64,000 nt of DNA from an uncultured archaeon (lineage in GTDB: Archaea > Asgardarchaeota > Lokiarchaeia > Sigyniarchaeales > SOKP01): assembly GCA_964525635.1 (NCBI GenBank), contig CAZGJX010000009.1, forward strand, positions 1 through 64,000, given 5' to 3'. Each line of letters begins with the position of its first letter. Position 1 is the stretch's first letter. A program made the position numbers and the translations under genes. Positions 1-10,821 of the stretch are shown piece by piece. The notes beneath the pieces were generated by a model. The model was not told the origin of the DNA and did no database searches. It saw nothing but the letters and a program-made list of their open reading frames with translations.

Positions 1-243
1 AAAATTTATTTCAGGAAAGGAGGGGATGTTTAACAATTATAGGACACTAAGAAATTTTTTAATTCTTTCATAATAAATCCTTTACTCCCTCAGGTATGAA
101 GTAATATAATCTAATATAGCCCTTCTCGGTTGATGGAGCTGATTGAAGAAAGTAATTATTCCAGTTTTAATTGAAAAATTGGATAAAATATGATTTGGCG
201 ATATCACTGTGATATCACTTTTAGGTGGTTCCCGTCAAGTCCA
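1..243 (+). tRNA. Possible 3' part of an intron-rich tRNA gene (Ala-like); 5' end lies before the window
   Basis: Ends CCCGT-CAAGTCC-A followed by a T-run, like archaeal tRNA-Ala 3' ends (U70, A73). AAGGAGG at 17-23 resembles an Ala anticodon-stem 3' strand, and several hairpins lie between. Exons could not be fully parsed. Confidence 0.3.
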
Positions 244-410
244 TTTTTTAAAATCATTTATTAATTTAATAATGAAAGTTTTTCTCATCCAATCCATTCT
301 CAACATAAAAAAACAAGAAATTATTTTTAAGATATTACATAATAAAATCTATAAAATAAAAAAATTAAAAATTCTTTTAAAGTTTTAAATATTTCAAGGT
401 GTTAATTAAA

Positions 411-509
411 TTGGATGAAGAATTATTTCGATTTGGTATTACTTCTTTAGGAATTATCTTATTAATTATAATATTAGCTTATATTCTTGTTACATCGAAA
501 GAAGAATAA
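411..509 (+). CDS. Small single-pass membrane protein (32 aa)
   Basis: TTG start with AAGGTG upstream; MDEELFRFGITSLGIILLIIILAYILVTSKEE; not in ORF track. Confidence 0.5.
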   Translation: MDEELFRFGITSLGIILLIIILAYILVTSKEE

Positions 510-517
510 TTATTTTT

Positions 518-1729
518 TTATTTAGCAGAAACAATTTTTATTATATCATTATGGGACAATTCATAATTTTCTCCTAATCTTTTTTTAGTTTTTGCGTCAA
601 TTCCATGAATAAAATGATCTGCTAATTCACTATGTATTTTATCTCTAACAAAATCAATTAATTTAGTACCTTTTCTAACTAAAAAAACATCTGGTAAGAT
701 ATTTTCATTATTATCTGAAAATTTATTTATATCTGAAACAGGATAAACACATATCTGTTCTAAAACATCAAAAATAGCATGTTCAAATACTTTCTGAACT
801 CCTGTACCCTCAAATTGATCTAAAATCCTCTTTTTTATTTTATCTAAAGTCTCTAATTCTTTTGAATGAAGTTTAGATGGGTCAAGGATTTCAAAATCTT
901 TTGATCCAGGGATGTACCTTATAATTTTATCTTTATCATATTTTCTTAGTAAATATTCTGCTAATGCACTGCAAGGAATTATTTTCTTCTTATATTTTTT
1001 TATTATATTATCTAAATTATCCATACTACTCTCTTTATCAATCTTATTAGCAACTATTATTATAGGTTTTGCTAATTCTCTCAATATTTTTGAATAAAGA
1101 AAAATATCTTCATCTGACCAATCGCTTGGGTTTTTATTTTCTAGTTTAGACTCTTTCAGAGCTAATTTTATTTGATAAGTTGTAATTTTTAATCCTGAAA
1201 GACGGTCAGTCAAAGCATTGATAAAATCCTTCTGAACTCTAGAGAATGCACGTGTAAATTTATTCCAATCCTCTCTTTCTAATATATTTTTAAACCATAA
1301 ATTGATCTCTTCTTCTAAAAAGAGAATATCTTCATAAGGATCTTGAACTCCTGTAGATATTCTTTGACCCGCTTTATCAAGAGAACCTGTTGCATCAACA
1401 ATGTGAATTAATATGTCTGCTCTACTAAGATCATTTAAAAATTGATTGCCCAAACCCTTTCCTTTATGTGCATCTGGAACAAGCCCCGCAACATCTAAAA
1501 TATTTATTGGAATTAACCTTATACCATCAATACACAAAGAATTTTTTGGATTATCCTTTAGATTAAATTCTTTGCATACACATTTACTTCTAACGCTCGC
1601 AACCCCCTTATTAGGTTTTATTGTTGTGAAGGGTAACTCACTCATTTCCGCATTTGTTAAACAAGAAGCATTTAAAAAAGTCGATTTCCCAGAACTTGGT
1701 TTACCTACTATTCCAAGTAATAAAGTCAT
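518..1729 (-). CDS. ychF: YchF/OBG-family ATPase/GTPase with C-terminal TGS domain
   Basis: GIVGKPSSGKST, PFTTIKPN, DVAGLVP, GLGNQFL, NKID motifs. Confidence 0.9.
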   Translation of the reverse strand: MTLLLGIVGKPSSGKSTFLNASCLTNAEMSELPFTTIKPNKGVASVRSKCVCKEFNLKDNPKNSLCIDGIRLIPINILDVAGLVPDAHKGKGLGNQFLNDLSRADILIHIVDATGSLDKAGQRISTGVQDPYEDILFLEEEINLWFKNILEREDWNKFTRAFSRVQKDFINALTDRLSGLKITTYQIKLALKESKLENKNPSDWSDEDIFLYSKILRELAKPIIIVANKIDKESSMDNLDNIIKKYKKKIIPCSALAEYLLRKYDKDKIIRYIPGSKDFEILDPSKLHSKELETLDKIKKRILDQFEGTGVQKVFEHAIFDVLEQICVYPVSDINKFSDNNENILPDVFLVRKGTKLIDFVRDKIHSELADHFIHGIDAKTKKRLGENYELSHNDIIKIVSAK

Positions 1730-1837
1730 ATTTCATCATTAAGATTGGACTACCTTAAAACTTATTTATTATTAAGATTACAAATTTTTTATTAATTGTA
1801 TTAATTCATTATTACAAAACTGATTTTATAATTCTAA

Positions 1838-3340
1838 ATGTTAGAGGATGTTGTCATGAAAAAAGACTTCTATAGGAGTAGAATTAAAGATTCTATGGAC
1901 AAAAATGTTCTAGATTTTTTATCATCATTAAAAGATGATTTATGGATTATTGATGAGGACATAATTGGAACGGAAGCTCATGATATAATGTTATTTGAAC
2001 AAGGTTTAATAAATGAAGATGAAATAAAAAAAATACTTATTTCACTTGAAAAAATTAAAGATAAAATTAATAAAAAACAGTTTAACATTGGTGAGGATTT
2101 TGAAGATATTCATCCCTTAATTGAATATCTTGTTATTGAAGATATTGGGATGGATATTGCTGGCAAAATTCATACTGGTAGATCAAGAAATGATCAAGTT
2201 TCTGTTGATTTAAGATTAAAAATAAGAGGTGAACTAAATAATTTATCGAAAAATATCTTCACTTTTTTGGATATTTTATTCAAATTAAGTAAAGATTCTA
2301 TGGATTATTATCTCCCATTATACACTCATTTTCAAAGAGCTCAATTAGGACAATTTTCTCATTATATAAATTATTATATTGCTCAAATTCTTCGTATTGA
2401 AGAAAGAATTAATGAAATATATAAGAGAATAAATAATAATCCTCTAGGTGCATGTGCAATTGGAGGAACGAGCATAAATATTAATCGAAATAGAACAACT
2501 GAGTTACTAGGATTTGATGGAATAATTGAAAATTCACTTGATGCTATAAGTTCTAGAGATTATATTATTGAAACTTTAATGCTTTTATCATTATTAGCTC
2601 TCCATATTTCGAGAATTTCTGGAGATTTATTAATTTGGTCAACAAAAGAATTTGATTTTATTGATTTGAATGATAAATTTTGTTCTGTTTCTAGTGTGAT
2701 GCCACAAAAAAAAAATCCAGATACCCTTGAATTAATCCGTGCTAAATCATCAATAATTACATCTAACGCTTTTAAAGCTTCTATGATAATAAAAGCAATT
2801 CCTTCTGGATATTTTAGAGATTTTCAAGAATTAAAGCCAATAATTCAAGAATCATTCTGCTTAATAAATTCAATAATTGAAATCCTGAATGGAATTTTTT
2901 CAACTTTGAAAATAAATCAACAAAAAATGAAGAAAGCAATAAGTGAAAGTTATATTTTAGCTCTGGATCTGGCTGAGATACTAGTTAATGAATATAATAT
3001 TCCATTTAGGGTAGCTCATCAAATTATTGGAGATTTAGTTAGAAATTCTGAAGAACCAGAGGATTTATTTAATAATGAAAAAATTGAAAAAATCTTATTG
3101 GATAATGGTTTTAATAATATATCTATTTCATTAGACCTCATTAAATCTTTAAAAAATCTAAAAGCATGCCTAGATAAAAGAATAAGTAAGGGTTCTCCAT
3201 CAACTATGAATATAAAGGTATATTATAAACGTCTATTTGATGAAAAGAGTAATTTATTTGAATCTTATAAAAAAAGAATTGAAAAAATTAAAGAAGCAGA
3301 TACTTTAAGAAATAAAATAATACAAGATCTAATTCAATAA
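1838..3340 (+). CDS. argH: Argininosuccinate lyase
   Basis: HTGRSRNDQV and SSVMPQKKNPD signatures. Confidence 0.95.
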   Translation: MLEDVVMKKDFYRSRIKDSMDKNVLDFLSSLKDDLWIIDEDIIGTEAHDIMLFEQGLINEDEIKKILISLEKIKDKINKKQFNIGEDFEDIHPLIEYLVIEDIGMDIAGKIHTGRSRNDQVSVDLRLKIRGELNNLSKNIFTFLDILFKLSKDSMDYYLPLYTHFQRAQLGQFSHYINYYIAQILRIEERINEIYKRINNNPLGACAIGGTSININRNRTTELLGFDGIIENSLDAISSRDYIIETLMLLSLLALHISRISGDLLIWSTKEFDFIDLNDKFCSVSSVMPQKKNPDTLELIRAKSSIITSNAFKASMIIKAIPSGYFRDFQELKPIIQESFCLINSIIEILNGIFSTLKINQQKMKKAISESYILALDLAEILVNEYNIPFRVAHQIIGDLVRNSEEPEDLFNNEKIEKILLDNGFNNISISLDLIKSLKNLKACLDKRISKGSPSTMNIKVYYKRLFDEKSNLFESYKKRIEKIKEADTLRNKIIQDLIQ

Positions 3341-3403
3341 TTTTTCTTTATTTTTGTTTTAAATATATTTTCATAAAAATTTTTTTATGACTTAGAGATC
3401 TAT

Positions 3404-3832
3404 GTGAACTAAACACGGTCTAAAGACCATGGCTTCCTACGAGTACGCAACCGCTTCTACTACGGGATGGCCTGTTTATCGTAGAAAACCATTTCAATGT
3501 GATTGAAATGACTCCTCGCTCATGGAGGATTCAAGTGATAAGAAATTGATGTATTAATTATAATCAACTTCTATACTAAGATATTAGCACAGAAATATTT
3601 AAAAAATATGAGAGTCTAATAATTTATTAAATTTTTTTTCAAACTCAATTCATCACCTCCCTGAACAGTACTAAGTATTTTTTTTCTCATTCTGAAACCT
3701 TTAAATCCTCAGTACTAGAAGGAAGTTGTTTTCTTGATTAATTATGATAAAAAGAAGAAAAGTATAATCATTTACGGATTTCATTTTTGTGGTCAATTCA
3801 TTCCCCCACTAAAGGAAAGGGTCTTCTTGAGC
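3404..3832 (-). mobile_element. Non-autonomous IS200/IS605-type element (ends only, no tnpB)
   Basis: GTGAACTA..CACGGTCTAAAGACCATG hairpin at 3404-3431 and CAATTCATTCCCCCACTAAAGGAAAGGGTCTTCTTG at 3794-3829 resemble the two ends of the tnpB element at 9015-10403; degenerate extra end at ~3646-3667. Confidence 0.65.
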
Positions 3833-3927
3833 TAAAATATGTGAATTTATAGGTCAAAAACTTTTTATGATATAGAGTTCTTTATATATAAAGAACGAAA
3901 TAAATTTAAATTAAATGTGATAAAAAA

Positions 3928-5532
3928 ATGGCACAATTATCAGGAGTCCCTATATTAATTTTAAAAGAGGGGACTGAGAGAAAACGAGGAAAAGATGCTC
4001 AAGGAAATAATATCGCTGCCGCTAAAGCAGTTTCAGAATCTGTGAGAACGACATTAGGTCCAAAAGGCATGGATAAGATGATTGTAGATTCACTTGGAGA
4101 TGTAACAATAACTAATGATGGAGCTACTATATTAGATTCAATTGATGTTGAACATCCCGCTGCTAAAATGATAGTTGAAGTAGCAAAAACTCAAGATAAA
4201 AAAGTTGGAGATGGTACAACTACAAGTGTTATAATTGCTGGAGAATTATTGAATCTAGCTCAAGAATTAATGGAACAACAAGTTCATCCTACCATAATTT
4301 TCAGAGGATATAGGAAAGCTTTAGTTAAAAGTAAAGAAATCTTACAAACTCTCGCTAAAAACATTCAAATTGATGATAAAGCAATATTAAAAAAAGTTGC
4401 TGAAACTTCGATGAATAGTAAATTAATTGCGGGAGCAAAAGGCCACTTTGCTGATATAGCAGTTTCTGCAATTTCACAAATCAAAGAAAAGAGAGGAGAA
4501 AATGTTGTTATTGATTTAGATCAAATTCAAATAATTAAAAAAGAAGGAAAAAGCTTACTTGATACAAAGATAATAGATGGAATGATTGTTGATAAAGAAA
4601 TTGTCAGTCCAATGATGCCTAAATCAATAAAAGAGGCTAGAATTGCATTGATAAATTCCGCCTTAGAAGTGGAAAAGACAGAATTTGATGCTGAAATAAA
4701 AATTCAAACCCCTGATCAAATTAACCAATTCTTAGCTGAAGAATCAAATATTCTTAAGAAAAGAGTATCTAAACTAAAAGAAATTGGAGCTAATGTTGTT
4801 TTTTGTCAAAAAGGTGTTGATGATAAAGCTCAAAACTTTCTTGCAAAGGAAAACATTGTTACAGTAAGAAGAGTTAAAAAATCTGATATGGAGAAATTAG
4901 CTAGGGCTACAAATGCAAATATTGTAAACAATATATTTGAAATTAGTTCAGATGATCTTGGAAATGCAGGTTTGGTAGAAGAAAAGAAGGTTGGGGAAGA
5001 CAATATGATTTTTGTATCACAATGTGCTTCTCCAAAAACAGTTAGTATTTTAATAAGAGCAGGAATTGAACATGTAGTTGATGAAGCAGAACGAATGATA
5101 CATGATGCCTTGTCAGTTGTTAAAGCAGCTATTGAGGTTCCATATATCTTACCTGGTGGTGGAGCAACTGAAATCGAATTAGCTAAAAGATTAAGAACTT
5201 TTGCTCGAACAATTGGAGGAAGGGAACAATTAGCAATTGAAGTTTATGCAAATGCTCTAGAAATTATTCCAAAAACATTAGTTGAAAATGCTGGGTATAA
5301 TCCTGTTGATTTAGTTGTTGAACTAAGATCAAAACATGAATCTACTGAGGGATCTTCTATTGGAGTAAATATAGATCAAGGAAAACCGGATGATATGGAA
5401 AAATTAGGTGTCGTTGAACCATTGGCAGTCTTAACTCAAGCCATTCAGTCTGCGACGGAAGTAGCAGCAATGATATTAAAAATTGATGATGTAATTGCCG
5501 CTTCTGGCCTCTCTAAAGGTAAAGAGGATTAA
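3928..5532 (+). CDS. ths: Thermosome (group II chaperonin) subunit
   Basis: [24 protein letters not shown] motifs. Confidence 0.97.
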   Translation: MAQLSGVPILILKEGTERKRGKDAQGNNIAAAKAVSESVRTTLGPKGMDKMIVDSLGDVTITNDGATILDSIDVEHPAAKMIVEVAKTQDKKVGDGTTTSVIIAGELLNLAQELMEQQVHPTIIFRGYRKALVKSKEILQTLAKNIQIDDKAILKKVAETSMNSKLIAGAKGHFADIAVSAISQIKEKRGENVVIDLDQIQIIKKEGKSLLDTKIIDGMIVDKEIVSPMMPKSIKEARIALINSALEVEKTEFDAEIKIQTPDQINQFLAEESNILKKRVSKLKEIGANVVFCQKGVDDKAQNFLAKENIVTVRRVKKSDMEKLARATNANIVNNIFEISSDDLGNAGLVEEKKVGEDNMIFVSQCASPKTVSILIRAGIEHVVDEAERMIHDALSVVKAAIEVPYILPGGGATEIELAKRLRTFARTIGGREQLAIEVYANALEIIPKTLVENAGYNPVDLVVELRSKHESTEGSSIGVNIDQGKPDDMEKLGVVEPLAVLTQAIQSATEVAAMILKIDDVIAASGLSKGKED

Positions 5533-5613
5533 ATTATATCTTATTTTTATTTTTTTTTTTTTAAAAGTTAGGGTGAATATATTTTTAAAAAGAGAATTAA
5601 ACAGTATTTTTTC

Positions 5614-6090
5614 TCAATAAAATTTTAGATTATTAATTTTAAAAAACTCATTTCCCCATGAAAATTTTGAGAGTATTTTTTTTGCATAATCATAGAATTC
5701 ATTAATATATAATGCTGCTGCTAATGCTTCTACTGAACTTAATTTTTCCCATTTACCATAATTTACGGGATTTGCAGCAATTAATGGAGGTAACTTTCTT
5801 GAATTATCAATATTTATATTTTTAATTGTAAAAAAATATTTCCAAGAACAATCAATTACAATTAAACCATATTTTAAAACAATTTCTTTATCATTTAAAG
5901 TTATTTCCTTTTTAGCTAATGGATTTAATATTAATGCATTCTTTAATAAACCATCAATTTTATGAATAATCTTCACTAAATTAAATTTCTCTAATTTTAT
6001 AATAGTGCACTTCTTTTTAGAACATCCCCCTTTTGTATAACGTATAGAATAAATCTTTGGAATCCGTTTTTTTGATTTTATTACATCCAT
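5614..6090 (-). CDS. tsr3: rRNA aminocarboxypropyltransferase Tsr3
   Basis: IDCSW, RKLPPLIAANPVNYGKWEKLSSVEALAAAL, FSWG motifs. Confidence 0.9.
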   Translation of the reverse strand: MDVIKSKKRIPKIYSIRYTKGGCSKKKCTIIKLEKFNLVKIIHKIDGLLKNALILNPLAKKEITLNDKEIVLKYGLIVIDCSWKYFFTIKNINIDNSRKLPPLIAANPVNYGKWEKLSSVEALAAALYINEFYDYAKKILSKFSWGNEFFKINNLKFY

Positions 6091-6318
6091 ATTATAATTA
6101 ATACCATCAATTTATATATTTCAATCTTTTATCTTCTAAATCTAAAAATAATTTTTTAATTTTATCATAAACTCATTAGAATTTCTTCTTTATAATCTAA
6201 AATTAATTTTTTAAAGGTTTTTTTAAATACTGAATCTAAAATAGATAGTAGCTATAAATATATAAAAAATTGAAAAATTTCCTCAGAATAAAGAATATCA
6301 ACCAAAATAGAGATTATA

Positions 6319-7878
6319 TTGAAAATCTTATATATTCATCCATATGCTTATTGGGCAAACTCTCATTTATTGTTAAATTTCTTAAGAATTTCAAATTATC
6401 TTAATTCAAGAAAAAATATGTTAAAATGTCCAATAGAGGAGAGATATTTAGATTTAAGACATGAAGACTTGCCTAACTTTTCACCTAATAGAATAGATGT
6501 ATATAGAAAAGTACTACAAACATTATTATTAGATATATATACTAAATTTAAATTTAATATTATTGCTATTTCTTGTTATACTTCTTTTAATTATTTAAAC
6601 ACTGTTGAAGTTGCCTTTTTAGCAAAGAAAAATTTCCCTAATTGTATTATTGTTGTTGGAGGAGTACATCCAACTATAATTCCTGATGACTTTCAAATAG
6701 GAAACTTTCCTGAATTATTATATGAGGTCTATTCAAGAAATGAAACTCCTTTCGATTATCTAATTAAAGAAGAAGGAGAAATTCCTTTCTTTAATCTATT
6801 AGCAGGATTAATCGATAATTCAATTAAAAAACGCAATAATGCAAATGAACCTTGTATTATATTGAAACCGGAATTAATTGAAGATCTTGATGAATTACCT
6901 CTAATTAATTTAGATCTCTATAAAAGCTACAGAAAATCTATCAATAAATTATATATAGATTTCTCTAGGGGGTGTATTTATAGATGTAGTTACTGTGGAA
7001 CATCAGGAAAGATATCATGTTATAAAAAGATAAGAACTAGGCAAATTAGAAATTGTATCAAAGAATTGGAAATCATAAATAATCTCTCATGGTTATCAAT
7101 CAATCAAATACATATCTCTGATATGTTTTTTCTTCCAAAAAGATCTAAGAGAGAGGAATTCTTTATAGAATTAAAAAAGTTAATTAGTAAAGAAGGTAAA
7201 TTTCCATTTAAAATTATAGTATATGATAGGATTGAGTTTTGTTCTTTAAAAGATCTAAAGAATTATAAAGATCTTGATATAATTCCTCACTTTGGATTTG
7301 ATTTCAGCTCAGAGGAAATGTTATATAAAATGGATAAGTTCTATGGAAAAAGCAAAGAAATTATCTATAATAGTATAAAAAATTATCTAGAAAAAGCAAC
7401 AGCTTTAATTATTGAATCAAATAGAATTGGTTCAAAAATTGTTTTTTATTATATGATTGGGACTCCTGGGGAGGATCATTTTACCTTATTACAAGGAAAA
7501 AGATTTTTTTTAGAAAAACGATTTAATGACCATTCTTTAGTTGAAAAATATAATATAAATCTAGATTTCTCAAAATACATGGCTTTTATTGGATCAAATT
7601 TGTATGAAAAAGCAGAAAAAAAATTTGGAGCGAAAATTTATTATAAGAATTGGTGGAAAATTTTCCATGAAAAACAACCTATTTATGGTCTATTGGTAAA
7701 ACCAAGTAGGAATTTATCCCTAATTGAATGTATAGATCTCAGTTATAACTATATGAAAGAAATTTTAAAATATCAATTGAAACGTAAAAATAAATTTTAT
7801 TCATTTCAATTAATAATTTTTTGGAAAGATATGTTAAAACAAATTTTAAATTTATATCAACATAATATCAAAAATTGA
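6319..7878 (+). CDS. Cobalamin-binding radical SAM protein
   Basis: IVVGGVHPT B12-binding motif; SRGCIYRCSYC (CxxxCxxC). Confidence 0.88.
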   Translation: MKILYIHPYAYWANSHLLLNFLRISNYLNSRKNMLKCPIEERYLDLRHEDLPNFSPNRIDVYRKVLQTLLLDIYTKFKFNIIAISCYTSFNYLNTVEVAFLAKKNFPNCIIVVGGVHPTIIPDDFQIGNFPELLYEVYSRNETPFDYLIKEEGEIPFFNLLAGLIDNSIKKRNNANEPCIILKPELIEDLDELPLINLDLYKSYRKSINKLYIDFSRGCIYRCSYCGTSGKISCYKKIRTRQIRNCIKELEIINNLSWLSINQIHISDMFFLPKRSKREEFFIELKKLISKEGKFPFKIIVYDRIEFCSLKDLKNYKDLDIIPHFGFDFSSEEMLYKMDKFYGKSKEIIYNSIKNYLEKATALIIESNRIGSKIVFYYMIGTPGEDHFTLLQGKRFFLEKRFNDHSLVEKYNINLDFSKYMAFIGSNLYEKAEKKFGAKIYYKNWWKIFHEKQPIYGLLVKPSRNLSLIECIDLSYNYMKEILKYQLKRKNKFYSFQLIIFWKDMLKQILNLYQHNIKN

Positions 7879-7905
7879 TAAAAATAAAGAATAAAAAACT
7901 AAAAA

Positions 7906-8904
7906 TTATTTATATTTACCCTTCATTAATACATTAGCTGCTTTAATAAACTGTTCTGTTGTTTTTTCAGCACCTAAGATTTCTAAAATTGAATAAACTA
8001 CATTTCTCGATTCTCCAATTACAGGGATTACACCATAATCCAAATTAAATAATCCAATAAAAGAGATTTCCTGAATATTACTATGATCTGCCATTTTTGA
8101 AAAACCTAATTTTCCAGATGGACATGTTATAAGACCATAAAAATTTTCCGCCTTTTGACCAGAAATTGCGATATAACACAATAATTCACCTATAGAACTT
8201 TGAGAAGATTCTTCTTTCATTTTTTGAAAAGCAACTGTTGCATTTGCAGAAAAAGCTTCAATTGAAATCGGTAAGTTTTCCCCGCTGACTTCTTTTGCAT
8301 CAAGCATTAATCCAGAGGGATTAGCAAGACTATATCTTATGAATATGGTATTTTGAATTGATTCAAGAACAGCTGTTATTCCAGATAGTAGATTTGAATG
8401 ATCATAAGTTCCTGGAGTATAGGATAAAAAAGGTACTTCTGTTCCCATTCCACTTAAATAAATTGCACTTCTAACTTTATTGGAAAATTCTTCCAATTCT
8501 TTTACAGATGCTTCATTACCCCCAAAAAATTCTCCTAATTTCTCTTTTAAGTAATACATTGAACTTGCTAAATTATCTGCATTTAAGGGCCAATCTGTAT
8601 AATAATTATGTGCAATTGTTAAAAGTGTCTGATTTATCTTTATTGTAATTAAACATACTTTATCAAAAAATATAAATGATATAACTTGATCTTTTATATT
8701 TAGATCATCCCAATTTTCCTCACTAACAGAAAAGGCAGCAGAAGCAAGACTAGTAATTTGATTAGGGTTGATCTCAATATCGCTTTTTCTACCAATTTTT
8801 GCTATTGAAAGCCCATCTAAATCACTTAATACTACTAAAAGTGTCCCCTCAGACGCTCTTAATATTGATGTTAAATGTTTTATTAAAGATTCTCGAACGC
8901 TCAA
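7906..8904 (-). CDS. Tandem Roadblock/LAMTOR-domain protein
   Basis: VLSDLDGLSIA..ITSLASAAF and LANPSGLML..EAFSANATVAF: two Roadblock-like units. Confidence 0.7.
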   Translation of the reverse strand: MSVRESLIKHLTSILRASEGTLLVVLSDLDGLSIAKIGRKSDIEINPNQITSLASAAFSVSEENWDDLNIKDQVISFIFFDKVCLITIKINQTLLTIAHNYYTDWPLNADNLASSMYYLKEKLGEFFGGNEASVKELEEFSNKVRSAIYLSGMGTEVPFLSYTPGTYDHSNLLSGITAVLESIQNTIFIRYSLANPSGLMLDAKEVSGENLPISIEAFSANATVAFQKMKEESSQSSIGELLCYIAISGQKAENFYGLITCPSGKLGFSKMADHSNIQEISFIGLFNLDYGVIPVIGESRNVVYSILEILGAEKTTEQFIKAANVLMKGKYK

Positions 8905-9014
8905 TATTATATCAATCTCATATATTACATTTTTTTATATATATATAAATCTAAGTGAATTTTTAAATTCCTATCATTTTATAAATAATCTATATTATTT
9001 CAATTTTATAATTA

Positions 9015-10403
9015 TTGAACTATTACTACCTAAAGGTAGTAGATTTGTAGTCCCTAAGACTCAATGAAAATCTTAGACACTAAAGGATAGTTCTCTACCC
9101 TTATATCATAAATACACTGATTATGAATATGGTTATTTAAGATATTAATGCTTCCTACCACATCTCTATCTTGTTCATATCCACAATGAGAGCATCGAAA
9201 GAGCCTATCATGTGGAGTAACTTTCTCATTACAAATTGGACATGTAGAAGAAGTATAGGATTAATTCATCATGAGTAAGTCGATTCCAAATTCCTTACAT
9301 TTATCGCACATTTTCTTAAGAAAAAGATTATAAGACCAGAAATTGTGCACCATATTATTAATTTTCCTCTTCTGGTAATGTTCTGGAAGTCTGGAATCTC
9401 GTATTCCTTTTAAATCTCCAATTATAACCATAGAAATATGATATGTTTTCAGTTTTCTAAAAAAATGAGCTAGAATGTTATTAAGATAATTGCTAAGGTT
9501 TCTTTTTCTCTTAAGATAGAGTCTTCTAATTCTATGAGTTGAATAACTATTATTCTCGATTTTTGCGATTGCTTGATAATAAGTTATTATTTTGGTTATA
9601 TTGAGATATTGCTCAAAAAAATGTTCTGATTCATATAGAAGACAAAAATCTTTAGAATTCTTAGTATAAGCTGTTATATATCTCTTAATACTTAAGTCAA
9701 TAGCGCATATTTTCTCTTCTTTAGAGTCAATAGGTATAAGGCTTACTTCTTCAGTTTGATAAGCATAGAATTTCTTACTATATGGAATATATTTAATTTC
9801 CATAGATTTTTTAGTACCTATCCATTTTCCTATTCCATTATAGTCTATTTTCAATAATCCTTTTATTCTATATTTTTTTTTAAATCCTTAGAACAAGAGA
9901 TATAGATATTGTTATCATTTATTCGGTAACAATCATTCCTACAAATTAATAATTTAGGGAGTGTTTGATTGGTCTTATAATTCTTAAAATAAGAGGGGAT
10001 AGAAACTTTATGCTCTCTATTTTCTGATCTAAGGGAGTTCCAAAAAGATTGCCATGATTTATCTAACTTTTTGAGCATTTGTTGAGAATAGGCCTTCCTA
10101 AGGATATATAATGTTCATGAGATTTTAAATCCTTACATAAAATAGCATAGGATGGAATATTTTTGTCATTGCTAAACATAGCTTGTCGTTTTTTGTAATT
10201 ACCTACATTCCAGATATCACTACTTCTTACTAACATTTCTCTTAGAATCCGTTGTTGTTGTTTAGTAGGTTTCAATTCTAATGTATTAGTCCGAAGCATT
10301 AAAATGATTATTATACCTATTAGATTTATAAATGAAGAGTGATTAAATTTAATAAATTACAATATGCGATTCATTCACTCCCTAAAGGAAGTGACCTTCT
10401 CGC
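9015..10403 (-). mobile_element. IS200/IS605-type (tnpB-only) insertion element, decayed
   Basis: Subterminal hairpins TACTACC-TAAA-GGTAGTA (9024-9041) and CACTCCC-TAAA-GGAAGTG (10376-10393) bracket tnpB; minus-strand right end terminates in TCAA. Confidence 0.8.
9054..10299 (-). pseudogene. tnpB: TnpB RNA-guided nuclease pseudogene (frameshifts plus internal stop)
   Basis: Fragments 10063-10299, 9863-10078, 9261-9854; after the TAA at 9261-9263 the frame continues SYTSSTCPIC..FRCSHCGYEQDRDVVGSINI to TAG at 9054; AIDL (RuvC-I) and IIGDL motifs. Confidence 0.9.
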
Positions 10404-10465
10404 ATTTAAATGGTAAATTTAATTAATTTAGAGTAGTTATAATAATATATATAATGTTTATAAAA

Positions 10466-10568
10466 GCGGGAATTGCCAAGTTTGGTCAAAGGCGGTGGAC
10501 TTAGAAGAGATTAATCTCGAAGAGATCCATTCTCAAGGAGTTCGGGAGTTCAAATCTCCCTTCCCGCA
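10466..10568 (+). tRNA. tRNA-Leu(UAG) with 19-nt canonical 37/38 intron (10506-10524)
   Basis: GCGGGAA/TTCCCGC-A acceptor, long variable arm, GGGAG-TTCAAAT-CTCCC T-arm; relaxed BHB CTTA/GAAG with GAGAT/ATCTC intron stem. Confidence 0.88.
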
Positions 10569-10821
10569 TGAACTTTTCATTTTCTGAATAATTGATAAAT
10601 AGAAATAACTATTTCTCATATATCAATGATATTTATAATATTAGTGATTCTATAACTTTACTATTATTTATCATTATATATTAATTACTTTTATAAATCG
10701 AGTTTTTCCTTAATTACAATATGGAAAAATATATAATTTGCAATTAATTATCAAAATAAAAAAAATAATATTTTTAATTGTATTCAATAGTATAAATTAT
10801 TAGTATTATTTGTTAAAATAT

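Noticed and set aside
10500-10526. Alternative splice giving tRNA-Leu(UAA)
   Set aside because: BHB geometry places the cuts at 37/38, which gives UAG
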